A DNA stretch of 64,000 nucleotides from Haliotis rufescens (GCF_023055435.1 NW_025964013.1:5394001-5458000); one strand, 5' to 3'. Counted from the stretch's first letter, positions 24,848 through 38,705 are shown. A program made the numbers and translations. Notes: generated by a model not told the origin, from the letters alone.

Positions 24848-24947
24848 CCTTACACCCCGCTTCAAAGCAAAAAGCGTGTCACGTCACATCGCACAAGTTA
24901 ACCTCAGCTCAATCGAAATCCGCGGTAGGATAATCCCCGTTTTTACA

Positions 24948-25216
24948 TGGTATAAAACCTAACGAGGGAAGCATAAAACTCCATGTACCCGGAGTGATCT
25001 TCCTACAAAGAATTTATATTACCGACAAGATTTAATGTGACATTGTAAAGGAACTAACACAAATTTTAAAACTGAGAGAAAACAGCTGTTCGATTTTACA
25101 TGGGATTTACCGCGTCCCTCGTTAGGTTTTATACTACTCGCCTCCGGCTCGTGTTATAAATCCTAACGCGGGACGCAAAACACCGTACCCATGTACCCCG
25201 AGTGATCATGCTACAA
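24948..25216. mobile_element. Second Crypton-like hairpin element
   Basis: Hairpin 25098-25195 centred on CTCGCC-TCC-GGCTCG. About 60 bp at 24950-25008 is repeated directly at 25155-25216. Confidence 0.45.
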
Positions 25217-26983
25217 CTTATAATATATATAATGCTGTGTTACAGAGGGTTACCTATAACAGACTCACATATTTATATTAGTAGATAAACCTTTGGCGAG
25301 AAAAAAAATCAGGTAAACATAATAAAACATTATGTATCCTTGTTCAGGGCTGATATTTCATAGAGTCATGTGCCATGTATTGTAAATATCAGCTCGCGGC
25401 GGAGCTTGGTGCACGTGCAACCGCGATAGAGAACGCATTCCTCGTGCATCACGCAATGACGACACACCTCGACAAATACATTTTTCAAACATTTTCTACA
25501 AGATAATGTTTTGTCAAAGTATAAGAGTTGGGATGTGTTTTAAATAGGGGAATATCCTCGTAACTCACCATTATTTGTAAGGAATGGAGAGCTTCTCGGA
25601 CATTTCCCTCAACATACAGTCTGTCACGGTGACTATTGTATTTTTCGCCCTGACGAACGCTCTGTTCTGAACTAGCGCAGTTAGGTAACACGGCTCGGTG
25701 GTCACGTGATCTCGTATGCCGCTGCTTCTACCCTGTTTGCTTGTTTGTATCCACCTCGCCCAACTTAACCCATGGCCCACCAAGATGTAGGTCAGTGCAC
25801 TGGGTTATGCAAGATCGGTTTTATAACTCATGTTGAAAGCACGTGCAGTATAATGTGTAAAACTCTTGTCCCAAGTGAATATGTAAAGATAAGCTTTGTT
25901 AAAACACAACATACAAATACATGTAAATAGGTATTTAATTTGACGATTTTCGGTTTAGCTGTAAACCAGGTGTTCGCGACAAGGTGAGCATATCCTGCCC
26001 AAACGGTGGCACCCGTCACAAACACTTGAAAATCAAGACAAAATAAAGAAATGCATCGGACATCATTTTCGTCACAATTGAGTCAAATTTGGAAATGCCC
26101 TTTACATCACTTCCATTAAACGTTTTGAAAGCTTTATTGAGGCCTTAAATGTTATAATCCTGATCCTATAAAGTTTTAGCAAAAGTCATGTGACGTACAC
26201 GTGTGACGATGTTATATAAGCTGTATTAACCTTGTAACAATGGAGACGTTCAGGGAGTCAAACGCGTCAATCGTTCCTTGAATCGAGACGGGCACAAGAC
26301 AAATGTTTTCTGACGTTAATATAAATAGTATTACTTCAATTTTTGGACACATACTATTAAGAAATGTACAGACACGAGAACGTTGTGTTACATTAGCCAT
26401 CAAGACACACTTATATTTGAATTTATGATACCCTGATTACTGGCATGAATATTTTTCCTTTCAGTCTCATAGGTCTTGAAACTGTGTTTATTCTACACGT
26501 GTGAGGACACATGTCCTTATATCACCACGTGACCTGATGTCGTGACCCCGTTTCTCCAAAGTAAATACAACATCAAGACTGTTGCTGGCCCGGGCAGTGG
26601 GCGTAACCTGGTGCGTTTGGGAGATCTGCACACACACACAGAACAACGCAAGAACAGGGCAAGCGACGACGCCTAGTGATAACAAAACACCCTCTTTCAA
26701 TAATAATGACGTGTAAGTATTGAATTAATGGTGCATATTCTTGTTTGGTGTGCTAGTGTCTGTTCATGTCGGACAAAACATGAAGTGAGATTCAAAGACG
26801 TCTGATGAAACTTATGGTTAGTGAATTTGGTTCAGTTAATACTGCCGTGTAAACAGTAATAATAATAATTTGTACTTCACTGATCAATAGAAGGATAATG
26901 GTGGCAGGCATTTAGCACAGTGTCATCCATGAACATCCATCATTTTAGCATGGACTACCATATATAAGAGACGAACAATGACG

Positions 26984-26984
<1 letters not shown>

Positions 26985-27017
<33 letters not shown>
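26985..27017. repeat. (CA)n microsatellite
   Basis: Directly visible. Confidence 0.95.
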
Positions 27018-27019
<2 letters not shown>

Positions 27020-27680
27020 TACCGAGGAAAATGCATGTACCTGATATTTTGTTTAATATTTTATTTTCATTTACATCACAAAAGACTTCTTCAGATGTAT
27101 ATATAAATATATAAAATGTACCTGGTGTAATAAAGAAGTTGCTCATCCATAACAATTTTGTCTTATTTACTATGTATGTTAGTGACACGCGAACAGCTCA
27201 CCCAAACGCAGCCCATAGAAGCTGAATTCTTCCCGAATTGGCTGTGACTGAACTAGGGGTGGGCTTGTTCAACAGTGCGGATCACACACGAAGTCACGTT
27301 GCATCTCGTGCTCGAGTACATGCACCGACGGAGGTTCAGAGTTTAGGAGCGTTGTGTAAGCGCTGACTTTAAGAACGCAGGACGCCACAAGTCGCCACAA
27401 TTGTATCAACACTGCTGCATGTACAACGTTGATTAGTGTGAAAGGTGAGTAGAGTATTTCGGCGCTACTTCAGAGGGATAATGTAAAGCGACCAATTTAA
27501 TATTGAGTTTATTCGTTTAATAATGTGGCCAAAAAAGTTCATTGTTACTGCCCCCAACAATCACCTGATGTGATTAATTACCACTACCGATATTAGTTAA
27601 TAGATGGTTTTCCAGTATATGTGACTATGCGGAATGATGTCTGAGAAAGCAGATGTGTTGTAATTTCTTCTTTTAAGTCA

Positions 27681-27820
27681 GGATAAGAATTTATGGATGA
27701 ACAACTTCTTTATTACAATTGAGAGCGACGTTTCGGTGTAGGTTCTAACACCGTTATCAAGCAACACACAAATTCTTATCCTTACTTAGTACTCCAACTT
27801 CTAAATGCCCATCAAAGAAG
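27681..27820 (-). mobile_element. Penelope-like solo pLTR with inverted tail
   Basis: 13-bp TSD TTCTTTTAAGTCA at 27668-27680 and 27821-27833. Segment 27771-27820 is inverted relative to the 9.3-kb copy. Hammerhead-like core on the minus strand at 27725-27764. Confidence 0.65.
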
Positions 27821-29086
27821 TTCTTTTAAGTCATTAGGATTCCGATGTCTTGTCAGTCAAGCTGATTACTTCACTTAGGTTTGGTTGCAAAATAAGATAC
27901 ATAAAATCACTCCGATGCATGTTGGTAGCAATGATAAAATCACTACACTGATAACGACTTTGTTTACAAGGTAAGCGTCAGTATGCTGAGATCAGGGCGG
28001 TAACGACACACTTCACTGCATACACTGGATGCATCGCGTCAGTGATGTTGTTCACACCCAGTCAGTAATGGTGTTCACACCCTGATAGACACGTGTATAG
28101 CAGGTAAATACTGACAGATAAATAGTTTATTTATGTCTCAGGTTACATAAGCTAGGTATATGCCCAAAATAGAATGGACATGTAATTTAAAAGTAACGTT
28201 CAGCCACAATATCCTACATACATTGTAATATACATGGTACGCCAGTATACTGTTCATGAATTAAATAGTTGTTTTCATTTATAAATTTTATAAAGCGTTC
28301 TTGCTTATAATACTTGACTTAAATACAAGTTGGTTTAAATCAGTCAATAAAAGTAGGATGTAATAACATACATTATTACTCTGTCGCCGAAATACCTCTG
28401 TTCAGGTATTCCCTGTATAATGGGCAGTGTTGAATATCATGAAACACTTTCTTTTATTATATCATCTACATCCTTCCCTGGATTTAATTCTAAAGTTTTA
28501 TCAGTATTTACCTTTCAGTTAATCTGTTTCATTAAACAGCAGGGAAACCATGTAAGTTTATAAATATAAGCAGTAAATTCAATGCAGAAGTAGTTTATTG
28601 AGGCATTCAACATGTGAACTTGTATTTAGACTTTAGAAATGCTTGTTTTTTCCATGTCTATCTTCAATTGAGACAGTGTTGTTATTGCTCTGGAAGTACA
28701 AACAAGACACAGAGATATGAAAACACTTCTCTAAAAACGTCTGAAGTGACTATAAAATAAAAACAAGACATAAGAAAAACAATTTACCATTATTTATTAG
28801 TATTATGACCCCAATCCTAATAACCCCCCCCCCCCCCCCGTGTGTTTGCAGCAGTTCACATAAAAAAACACACCAAGTCTCGTGTGTCATTTCACCCCGG
28901 AAATGTTATAATATTGCAGCATGGAATGAAGATAAAGATTAAATGAATAATACATGTGAGAATTACATATTATTTACTTCAAATAAAGAAAATCTCTCAC
29001 AAAGCACTTGGATTTTCCCCCTGTATTCTCAACTTGTGAAAAATTGTCCTTTACGATAATGACAATACTACTCAAGAATGTGAAGT

Positions 29087-30810
29087 TGTGGGGATTATTT
29101 TGGAAAATTACACAATTGAAATGTCAAACCCATGTACATGTCAACGAGTTTTTTCTACTAATCGAGATAAAATGATTAAACTTAACTTTGAAAGCAAAAT
29201 CTTTGAAATTGAACAAACCACCAAGAGATGGATGAAAAGAATTATAACCCCATTAGGCAAAATTACAATTATCAAATCAATGCTCATTTCAAAACTTAAT
29301 TTCCTTTTCCTTACCCTTCCTAGTCCCCCAGATGAATTCCTTAGAAAGATAAATACTATTCTTTTCAAGTTTTTATGGGATAATAAACCAGACAAAATAA
29401 AGAGAACAGTTGCTTGTAAACCTATTTCCCTTGGAGGACTTGGTATGATAAATATTTTTGCATATGTTGATGCTTTGAAAATAATCTGGATAAAAAAGGT
29501 TACTAAATGTTGATTTGGAAAAGAAATGGAAAATTTTAATGACTAATACTACTCCTGAATTTCCTGATTTACTATTTATGGGAAGTGATTTTCCACTTAA
29601 GCTTGCTAAAAAAAAAAAAAACAATTTTGGAAAGATTGTTTTACTGCCTTTTCTAAATATAGCAATAAAATAAAACCCAATAATTATGAAGAGTTCCTGA
29701 GGGAACCTCTGCTATACAATAAAAATATTATTATAAATGGCAAATCATTAGATAACAAAACCTTTCATCTCAATAACATACACAGCATACATTGCTTGCT
29801 AAGCAATGATGGAAATTTTATGACATTGCAACAATTCTGTAAGAAATACTTCAATATAAATTTTCTTGAATTTTATGGTATTACAAGATCAGTAAATACA
29901 TACAGGATACAATTAGGCATTAATAAAGACCTGCATCTGGAAACAACAAACAATACAAATATATCTATTGCCAATCTCTTTTCATGTAAAAAAGGCTCAA
30001 AGAAATACTACTATGTAATAAGTCAAACCGATGAAAGCTTAAAAGTTATTGACAAGTGGGAAGAGGAACTTTTAATGGATATGAACTGGCCTAGCTTATT
30101 TATCAGAGCACACAAAACTACTCCAGGCCCTAAACTTAGATGCTTTCAGCTTAGATTGCTCCACAGAATTCTACCTGTTAATACTTATCTACTCAAGATG
30201 CATATTGTTGACAACTGTCTATGCACTTTCTGTAATGCCGAGCCAGAATCTATCCAACATCTGTTTTGGGACTGTAGGCTAAGCAAAAACTTCTGGAAAA
30301 GATTTTCACAATGGATTGAATCCAAGTGTCCACATACTGGCAAGATAAATCTTACTTCAGACCTAATTCTTTTTGGCTTTTCAAAACATTTCCATACCGA
30401 TGATATTTTTTATCTGATACTCTTATTGGCCAAATTTCACATTTATAGATGAAAAATAACCAACCAACCATTACACATTTCCAAAATGAGGTTAAATATT
30501 ATTACCAAATAGAAAAATATAGACACTTTAATAAAGCCAAACAGACTGAATTCTATACGGAATGGGCTCCTTATGAAAACCTTTTGAAAATATAAACATT
30601 TGCTATTCCAAAACGTTACTAAATATATATCCTGCATTCTGTCTTCATAAGTACTAAAGCTTCTAGTGAGTGTGAATGTGTGTATGGATGTGTGTGAATG
30701 ATATGTACTTTCATAAAAAACCCTGGTCATGTATTTTGACTCTTACCAAAACATGATGTACTTTTACCAGTAACAATGAGTCATCTCTAATAAAGATATG
30801 AATGAATAAA
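29087..30810 (+). mobile_element. Tx1/L1-clade LINE, 5'-truncated ORF2 pseudogene nested in the Kolobok-like element
   Basis: LGKITIIKSMLISKL, FKFLWDNKPDKIKR, GGLG and zinc finger CTFCNAEPESIQHLFWDC. Stops and frameshifts are present. AATAAA near 30790 and 30805. Confidence 0.88.
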
Positions 30811-32819
30811 TACATTTCTGTATTACTAACAGATTTGAAAGTGAAGATGATAGATAGACAAATACACTCTTTACAACACATTATCTATATTACGTGACCA
30901 TATACACTGAAAGCATGCAATACAGTACTCATGAATACACAATTTACAATGTACAAATTGGGAGCAGAAGAGCGTATGTGTCTAGTACATATATATACAT
31001 AAGGTGTTTCTCTAAAATTCAAAGAGACAGTATCATGTATTCCCAAGTATCATAATCACCTTTTTTTGGTCATGAACATCTGCACCCAGAGACAACAAAA
31101 GCATGTCGTCAAGCATTTCTATTTTCACATATACATCAACATCAAGTTTATCAGTCAGACCTGCACAGAAACAATTTCTGACTAACATAACCATCAGAAG
31201 ATGACAAATTTGAAAGAACAAATCATCTGTTTCCATTTAATGTGTCTGTCCGTATAAAAGAGTAGTTATTGTGCTATCAAAACAATAAGATGGAATTGGG
31301 ATTCGGAACTTTGTATTTCTGTGTCAGGTACACACCACTATGAGTCAAAATCAAACTTGTTGCCATGGAAACAAAAAATATATAAAAAAATAAAAAAGGT
31401 TTATTAGAAAAAGGCACCTGTTGACAACCTGGTCTTTGTGTGTGCACAGTTTTAAGCCTAGTTTTTTACCTATTAGTTTTAGAGATATGGGCTGCACAAA
31501 CAAACCACCATAAACCATGCTAAACAGAGTCAAAGTAAAAAAACGTGAAAACAGGAACAAAAAATTTTTTAAAATAATTATTCCCTAAATAGCAAAAGGC
31601 AGCACTTAATCCCCTTGTTAATACTTGAACCAAATTCGAATAAAACATATCTCACAGTCTTCAAGTATGCTCCGAAAATATGGATGGACAGACAGATCAG
31701 ATGACAATATCCAACCGCATTATATGCAGAGGGGATAAAAATGAATATGTGTACTATAATGAGAACAATACATGTATCAAATGCATGTCACCAAACCATC
31801 CCTTACACACAACCAGATTGTAAGCTTGGTATAGTCCTTGTTGAGAAAGAGGACTAATTTCGGAATGACATCCGCAAGGGTTTTCTTTACATCTGTATTG
31901 CCAAGACCATCTTCTCTATCACGCTGAAAATTTTTGCGCAGGTGACCAAGATTCAGTCCTGATCTGGCAATTTTCTCGGCAATTGACATTTTCATGACCC
32001 CTTCGGCTAAGAGAGAATGGAGTGTTTTGATGTGTTTGGCCTTTTCTTTGTTGAAGAGAAGTAGATTGTGGACTGCTGATGGTGGGAAACTAAACCTAGC
32101 AAGTTCCTGAATTTTCATCTTTGTATGAGATTCAAGCTTACCAAGGACCTTTACATCTTCTATGGCATTGTGTGCTTCATATGATGAGTGCAAAAAGGTC
32201 TTGGCTAGATTTTCTTGCTTGTATGATGATTGTCCAGGAACGGCCTTGAAGACAGGTAGGCTATCAATAAGACCTGATACAGTTGAAAAATTGTGCTTCA
32301 CACTGGATGTTTAGCAATGCAGATGAAAATACAGGAACATCAAATCTTCTTCCATTATGTGCCACAAGGAATACATTGGGAAACCCACTGAGCCATTTAC
32401 AAAACTTGTCAACTGCAAACTGAACAGTTTCAGGCTGAACTTGTTTCCTATTGACCGTCATTGTATACTACTCAAAAGAAGTTACGGATCAGCAGATTCT
32501 TTCAAATTACTATAGTTAATCTGTAATGGCATGAGAGATTAACTATAGTAATAGAAAAGAATTGGGTGATCCTTAACTTCTTTTGTCTAGTATACCACTA
32601 TACCAGTAACCTGTTGAGATTGGTACTTTTGGAAGTACATTTCATTAACCGAGCACTACCGAAGTGATTTAGGATACATCTGTACTTTCGGATTGGTAGT
32701 CTAGGTCTATTCCTCATCCACCACCACTTGCATGTGCCCCATGTTTTGGTGATTATACCTGGTTTCCATGGTGCTAATGGGATAAGGTCCTCCCGCTTGG
32801 ACGTTACACCAGTGCACCA

Positions 32820-33020
32820 TTGCACCATTGCAGGTAAACCTGCAGTCTAAGTTGATGGCTATATACAACGGGCTGGGCTGGGCTGGGCTGAGACAATGCA
32901 GATAAAGTGACTTGTCTTAGGACACAACAAGCATCATCAAGTGGGTTTGCTAGGATTCGAACTGGCAACTTTTTGATTGATTGCCTAGTTGGTTAAACTC
33001 TCAATCATGCACTTGGCTAC
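32820..33020 (-). mobile_element. Old CORE-type SINE remnant
   Basis: The reverse strand shows a B box (GTTCGAATCC) followed by TTGTGTCCTAAGACAAGTCACTTTATCTGCATTG. Confidence 0.45.
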
Positions 33021-35324
33021 ATGATCAAATAAAACTATTAGTTGAATTTTTTCAAAATTCTCACCTGTTTGAAGATGAGACTGGTAGACTTTCAATGTTA
33101 GATGCTTAAGGAGTCTGGTCAGAATGTCCACTTTCATCATCAGAACTAGCATCAGCTACTGGTACAGTAGAGGAATGGGATGACATCAATCATCTGAAAA
33201 ATGAAAAATTGAAATCCAAATTGTTTTCATGTATTATACCCGAATTAATATTGGTTCTTTTATGTGCTGAAACAATTTCAGTCATGGAACAACTTATTCT
33301 ACAGTCCCATCTGATGGATTGATCTTCCATGTCCCACAGAAATATTTAACCTATGGAAAAGTGTCTTGTTGTTTCTAAATGATATACAATAGTTGCATAT
33401 ACATTGTACAATGGAATATTTTCAAAATAATCTTATTTCCATCTGAACATATCTCCCACTATTCAACACAAGCTATACATGTACATACTAAAAATATATA
33501 GAAAAGAATAAACCTAATTTCAGGAGGTGCATCTGGTAGAGAAATAAACCTGATGGGTTAAAGCCAGACCAGGAGCAACAATGAGAAACAGGAATTCCAA
33601 ATTCAATTTTTTTTTTTTTGAATATCCGACACCTATACAAGATGATATTCTTTGTTTATATTTGACGATTTCCAGTATCTACACACACGGTCGTCATTAA
33701 ACAATGAATTCATTTGATTCAGAGTATCCACCATGTCTATTGTATCATTGTGTTATTAACAATTGGTTTGAACACAAATGACTAGTTTCATAAACAAACA
33801 TTGTTATGACATTGTATAGAACTTACTCCATCTCCATTCTAAATGAATCATTTGCAGCCTGTTGAGTCGACTCTTTGGCAACAGCTTCAACATAGCCTCC
33901 ATCCCTCCGTTCCATGCTTTTTAAACTTCTCTGGTTTGATATTTAATGTTGAAAGGAGATTATTCATCCTGTCTGGTCCCCCAACGCTATCGATCATAGC
34001 TGTAAATAGATATTAGCCACAATATAATCATGATAATTATAAGAATGTATCTAATATTATTTTTAGGAATGAGGGAGGGATGTGTGCCTGTTCATATAGT
34101 TGGCAGTAAAAATTCTAAGTTTAATCAATACTTTTTATAAATCGGGCATAGCTGTCTGGGAGCAATACTGACTTAAATTTCACCCCCACCCCCTAGACAC
34201 AAGGACAACTGTCACAAGCGTGCAATGTCTGACCCTTTTCCCATGTTGAAGCATACTGGAAAAAAGCCTTACTATACTTACTTACCTTTTGTTGAAAAAA
34301 CAAGACAACATAAGACATTAATAAAACATGATATCGTGACATGAACAATAAGAAAGGCATGACGCTGAAATATATGATCGAAAACAGGACAATATTTGTG
34401 CTTTACATCATCGGAATGCCAAAACTTTGAGAGCATTTTATTGGTCAATTAAATGTAAAACAAAAATAAAAATTTACCTGTTCCAAGCTTTGTGTTGATA
34501 ACAAAACATGGCATCCCTGACTTCCCCTTCTTCTCCCTGTGCGTCTTCCCGTATGGAACCATGTTTATTTGCCCACATTGTCTGACATTTCACGCACAAA
34601 CAGCCGCTAAGTCCTTTCCTCATCTCGCCGACAATATTCCCATACGTTAATGGAATAGGGCCCAATTTGCAAGCGACGAGATTGGAGAGAAGTTCCCCGA
34701 GCTCGACCATCCTTCGCTCTTCCTTCCATCTCTGCTTGCGTATTTGCCGAGTTTGGTGTTTCGAAAAAGAGGACAGTCGTCGTCCTTGCAAGGATCACCA
34801 AAGTAAACATGGCAAGCTGGGTAGTTGTGGTGGATGAGCACGTTTGATTTTAATATTTTGGTGTGATTACCGGTCTTTCACCTTTTTGAATCGACCACAG
34901 CTGTCTGCCAGTCGCCATGATTGTTTACAATAAGGGGCGTAATTCTTACTCGGTATTACATCACCCCAACATTGCCGATGTTGGAAACATCGGCAAAAGT
35001 CGTAGTTTTCACCGGAAGTGTCCCATTATACAGGGGATACCTAAATAACAATAAGCTGGTTTTACACATTGTTTAATCCCAAAGCGCGTGTATATGTACC
35101 ACCGGAACTAGGTTAACAAATATAGAAAACTCTCAACATCGATGTTATACGTGTAGAGATGACAGATAAGACCGTTATGCACGCACACTCGATGACTCCA
35201 CGCAGGCTGACGTCACATGGCATTGTTCGCCTATGTATCTTTCAACAAACTGTAACAATTTACGTCATAGTGTATTGTGACGTTTCGGGGCGGAAATCTA
35301 AAGGTGTGTAGGCCGTTGTTAGGT

Positions 35325-35490
35325 TTGTATGTTTGATGTTTACAATGGTCACGTTTACGATGGTCTGTTAATAATCGAGTCTGGACCAGACAATCTAGAG
35401 ACTGACAACACTAGCATAGATCCACGCAAATGGGATACGATGACATGCATCAACCAAGTCAGCGAGCATGTCCATCCGATCCAGCTGGTC
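35325..35490 (-). mobile_element. Family B retroposon, diverged and truncated
   Basis: ATAATCGAGTCTGGACCAGACAAT...ATGACATGCATCAACCAAGTCAGCGAGC. Confidence 0.75.
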
Positions 35491-36310
35491 TCTTTTTCCG
35501 TTGTACAGTAGTAATTGAAGACGTTTTATTCTGATAAACTCAAATGGAGTATGCCGTGTGTCACACACTATGGATACATACTGTCATCCGCTTGACCTAG
35601 TTAAGACGGGGACTCCCACAGTTCCATCAAATGAAGTTTTAAAAGGTTATAAGCGGTAAGTAATAAATGAAACACAAAAACTCGCCCCTTGTAATATCAA
35701 TTTTAGAAAACTCGATTAGTATTCAGCATATAGTTAAAATGCGTGTGTTAAATCTTCATAGAATGTCGTACTCAAAATGTTTATTTTTCTTTGTTCCACT
35801 TCAAAACATTCCAGAAACTATCATAAAAATGTTAACGTGTATACTTACGAGGAGCCGAGTCATACCGCAACGAGTCAAGTGAAGAAGTATCCTGCTCAGA
35901 ATTACATAAGAAAACAATCGACAGGTGATGTGGATTACGAAATGTACCGATACCGCGATACCATAGTCATGCTATAATTCGTTTTCAATATTACTGTTAT
36001 TTAACTGTTTAACCCATTCTAGACTAGACAAATTCATATACTAACCTGTCAGTCCTTGTGTTTCCCAGAGAATAAATTAAAAACAAATTTGGCAAGTCTT
36101 GACTGCCTCACCCCTGAAATTAACCATTGTCCCCGGCTCCATTTTGATTATAGTTTGGATTTTGTACATATATATTTTTAAATAAGATCACCTTAATTCT
36201 GGGACTAAATGTTTGTTTACTGATCTATTCGTTACTATAGTTACCTCATTTAGTATAATTGACCTCTTACTCCAAATATGCTATACAGATACATCCCAGG
36301 ATATACATCG

Positions 36311-36402
36311 GAGTGAGGGAGTATGGTTTTACGCCGCTTTAAGCAATATTTCCACAATATCCCAGCGGGGAACACCAGAAATGGGCTTCACACATTGTAC
36401 CC
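36311..36402 (-). mobile_element. Family A SINE, 3' fragment
   Basis: GAGTATGGTTTTACGCCGCTTT.AGCAATATT...CACCAGAAATGGGCTTCACACATTGTACCCA. Confidence 0.8.
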
Positions 36403-36548
36403 AAGGATATACATGGATGTAGACAGATAGGTGTACGGGATTTCACTAGCTAGATGGACCGATCATTTGGCTAATGTTGCAGCAAATTGTATGATAAAGC
36501 TATACATAATCAGAAGGTGTTGTGTTTCAGGTGTGGTTGTGATCGCCC

Positions 36549-38449
36549 ATGATGAAGTCGGTCCCGCCAATGTTGTTGCAGGCCCTCAATGTAGGGGCTC
36601 TCCTCGCCTTCATACTCACCGCCGCCTTCAACGGACTGGCGTCAGATACTAGCATAGGTAGGTCAGTGACGACTGTGGGCGCATGGTATGTCTTTCCTAT
36701 GTGCTGTAGACAAGCATGAGTCTTTGGTGGTGATAATTTTGGACTATTGGGATTAGGGGAAATTTCCATGAGAAATATATGCATTTGGTAAATTTGTTTG
36801 AGTGTGTTTATCTTTTGATTTAACGTGAAATGTGTTGTATAATAACGCTGATGAGGAGAGTAGGCTATTACTTCTGACAAGAACATTATAAAGATATTCT
36901 ACGTCCGCTTCAGTGACCATTGAAGAAATAATGTGGAAAGTTATAATTTCTTGAAATGTTGAAATGTCAAATAGCAGTTGAGCAAAATTTGTATTTCTGT
37001 GTTTACACCAATAAATGTGGTAGTATGTCCATGTTTATTTTACTATGTAAGTGGTATGTTTAATGTTAGACCTGCATCACTACGGGCTTCCCCCACCCCC
37101 ACCACCCCCACCACCCCCACCACTACATTGCTGAAACGTCATGATATGACTGGAAAACTGTTCAAAGCGCCGTTAAAATCAACTCACCTTTACAGGGCGA
37201 ACATATATCACGTATTATGAAAATATAGTGATGTGCGACTCTTTAAGATTTGTCTCTAATTTTTGTCTTTAATCTTTCACTCTCTATCGCTCCTAAGTGG
37301 GTCTTATATTGTGCTGATGCCACAGACGGGTGATGTGGCTGCGTGTTGAAGCCTCGCATCATGGATTTCTGTTAATTTCGTTGCCATCAGATATTAGTCA
37401 TCCGACTGAGACGTAAAAAGCGTCCAATGATCATCTCATCTGATGTGGCTATTTGAAGTAGTTAATCTTTCGGATAAAGCGTTAAAGTAACAAGATCAGT
37501 ATTTGTTTGAATTGTGCTCAGTGCACTCCTGTGCGAACCCGTTATGGGTTGTTATTTTGAATATAAGACTCATTAATCAAGCTGTGGATGTTTTTACTTT
37601 GTGTTTCTTGCAGGCGTCTTCCTAAATTCCACAGGGGACATCTCGGACGTATTCTACATCGAGATCACTCCCGCCGGCTGGACCTTCAGCATATGGGGCC
37701 TCATCTATGCCTGGCAGGCTGTCTGGATTGTCTACTCATTGGTCCGCATCTGCAGGAAGAGTCCAGAAGGACCTCTCTACCTCAACCCCGTTCTTCTGCC
37801 CCCCGCCTTCTTCGGAATGTACATCCTGAACATGTTCCTCAACATCAGCTGGCTCCTGCTGTTTGACCGCCAACTCATCGAGCTGGCTTTCAGCTTCCTG
37901 TTCGCCATTGCCTTCACCCTGTACATCTGCCTGTGGATCTCCTACACCTCCCTGGATAACAACATGGAGGTCCTGGCTAAACTCAATCTTAAGATTGAGG
38001 ACACTTTAGTGCGTGCATTCGTCCACAACGGGCTTGGAATCTATGCGGCTTGGACCACCATTGCTTCCTTCCTCAACATGGGCTTTGTGATTGCCTACAG
38101 AGCTAACCCCGCCATCGACCAGAGCACCGCGTCCTCCATCTCCCTCGGCTTCATCACCGCCGCCTTGTTCCTCTTCGTCATCACCGACCTCTTCCTATTC
38201 GACAGATACAGTCGGTATACCATCACGCCTTATGGCGTCATCGTGTGGGCTCTCTCAGGCAGCCTGGCCAAGAACTTTGACGCTGCTCGCGGGAACTCTA
38301 TCTTCACCATTGTACTCATAGTGATAGGCGTGTTAGCTCTCATTGCCAAGATAGTCTTCGTCATCATCAGAAGCAAGTCCAAACCTGTGTTTACCTCATC
38401 CACGAACATTACCATGCCGGAGAAGCAGGACACTGTCGGCATGGCCTGA
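36549..38449 (+). CDS. Paralogue 4: TspO-like 8-TM membrane protein, 314 aa (closest to family consensus)
   Basis: Exons 36549-36657 (MMKSVPPMLLQALNVGALLAFILTAAFNGLASDTSI, G|GTAGGT) and 37614-38449 (TTCTTGCAG|), phase 1. Motifs EITPAGWTFSIWGLIYAWQ, LNISW and NGLGIYAAWTTIASFLN. Upstream acceptor at 36530. Confidence 0.92.
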
Positions 38450-38478
38450 CGTCATCAACACGTTTCATAAACTGGTGA

Positions 38479-38705
38479 AACCCGTGAAGATCAGTATCAG
38501 TATTGGTGTTCAGCAACCCATGCTTGTCCTAAGGGTCGACTATCGGGATTGGGTGGTCAGGCTGTCTTACTTGGAGGATGCATGCCACGTATCCAGTAGA
38601 TCGATGGTCATGAATGTAATCACTGGATTGTCTGTTCCAGACTCGATTATTAACAGACCGCCGTCACATAACTGGACTATTGTTGAGTGCAGCGTTAAAC
38701 AAGAA
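38479..38705 (+). mobile_element. Family B retroposon in the 3' UTR of paralogue 4
   Basis: ACCCGTGAAGATC...TTCAGCAACCCATGCTTGTC...GAGTGCAGCGTTAAACAA, starting about 30 bp after the stop codon. Confidence 0.8.

Larger units (their letters stand above)
28405..35041 (-). mobile_element. Kolobok-like DNA transposon (decayed) with spliced transposase and DEDDh exonuclease remnants
   Basis: 20-bp TIRs GGTAT(T/C)CCCTGTATAATGGG with flanks TTCA and TAAA, each one mismatch from TTAA. Minus-strand exons: about 34920-34478 (GPIPL..IVGEMRKGLSG.L.VKC..C..YGKTH..INTKLGT) and 33999-33827 (AMIDSVGG..MNNLLSTLNI). Exonuclease motifs LVAHNGRRFD and AHNAIEDV at 32465-31820. Confidence 0.65.

Noticed and set aside
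25965-26030. Possible retroelement terminal motif (GACGGGTGCCACC..GGATATGCTCACC on minus)
   Set aside because: Single short copy with no TSD or ORF; the recollection of similarity is too weak.
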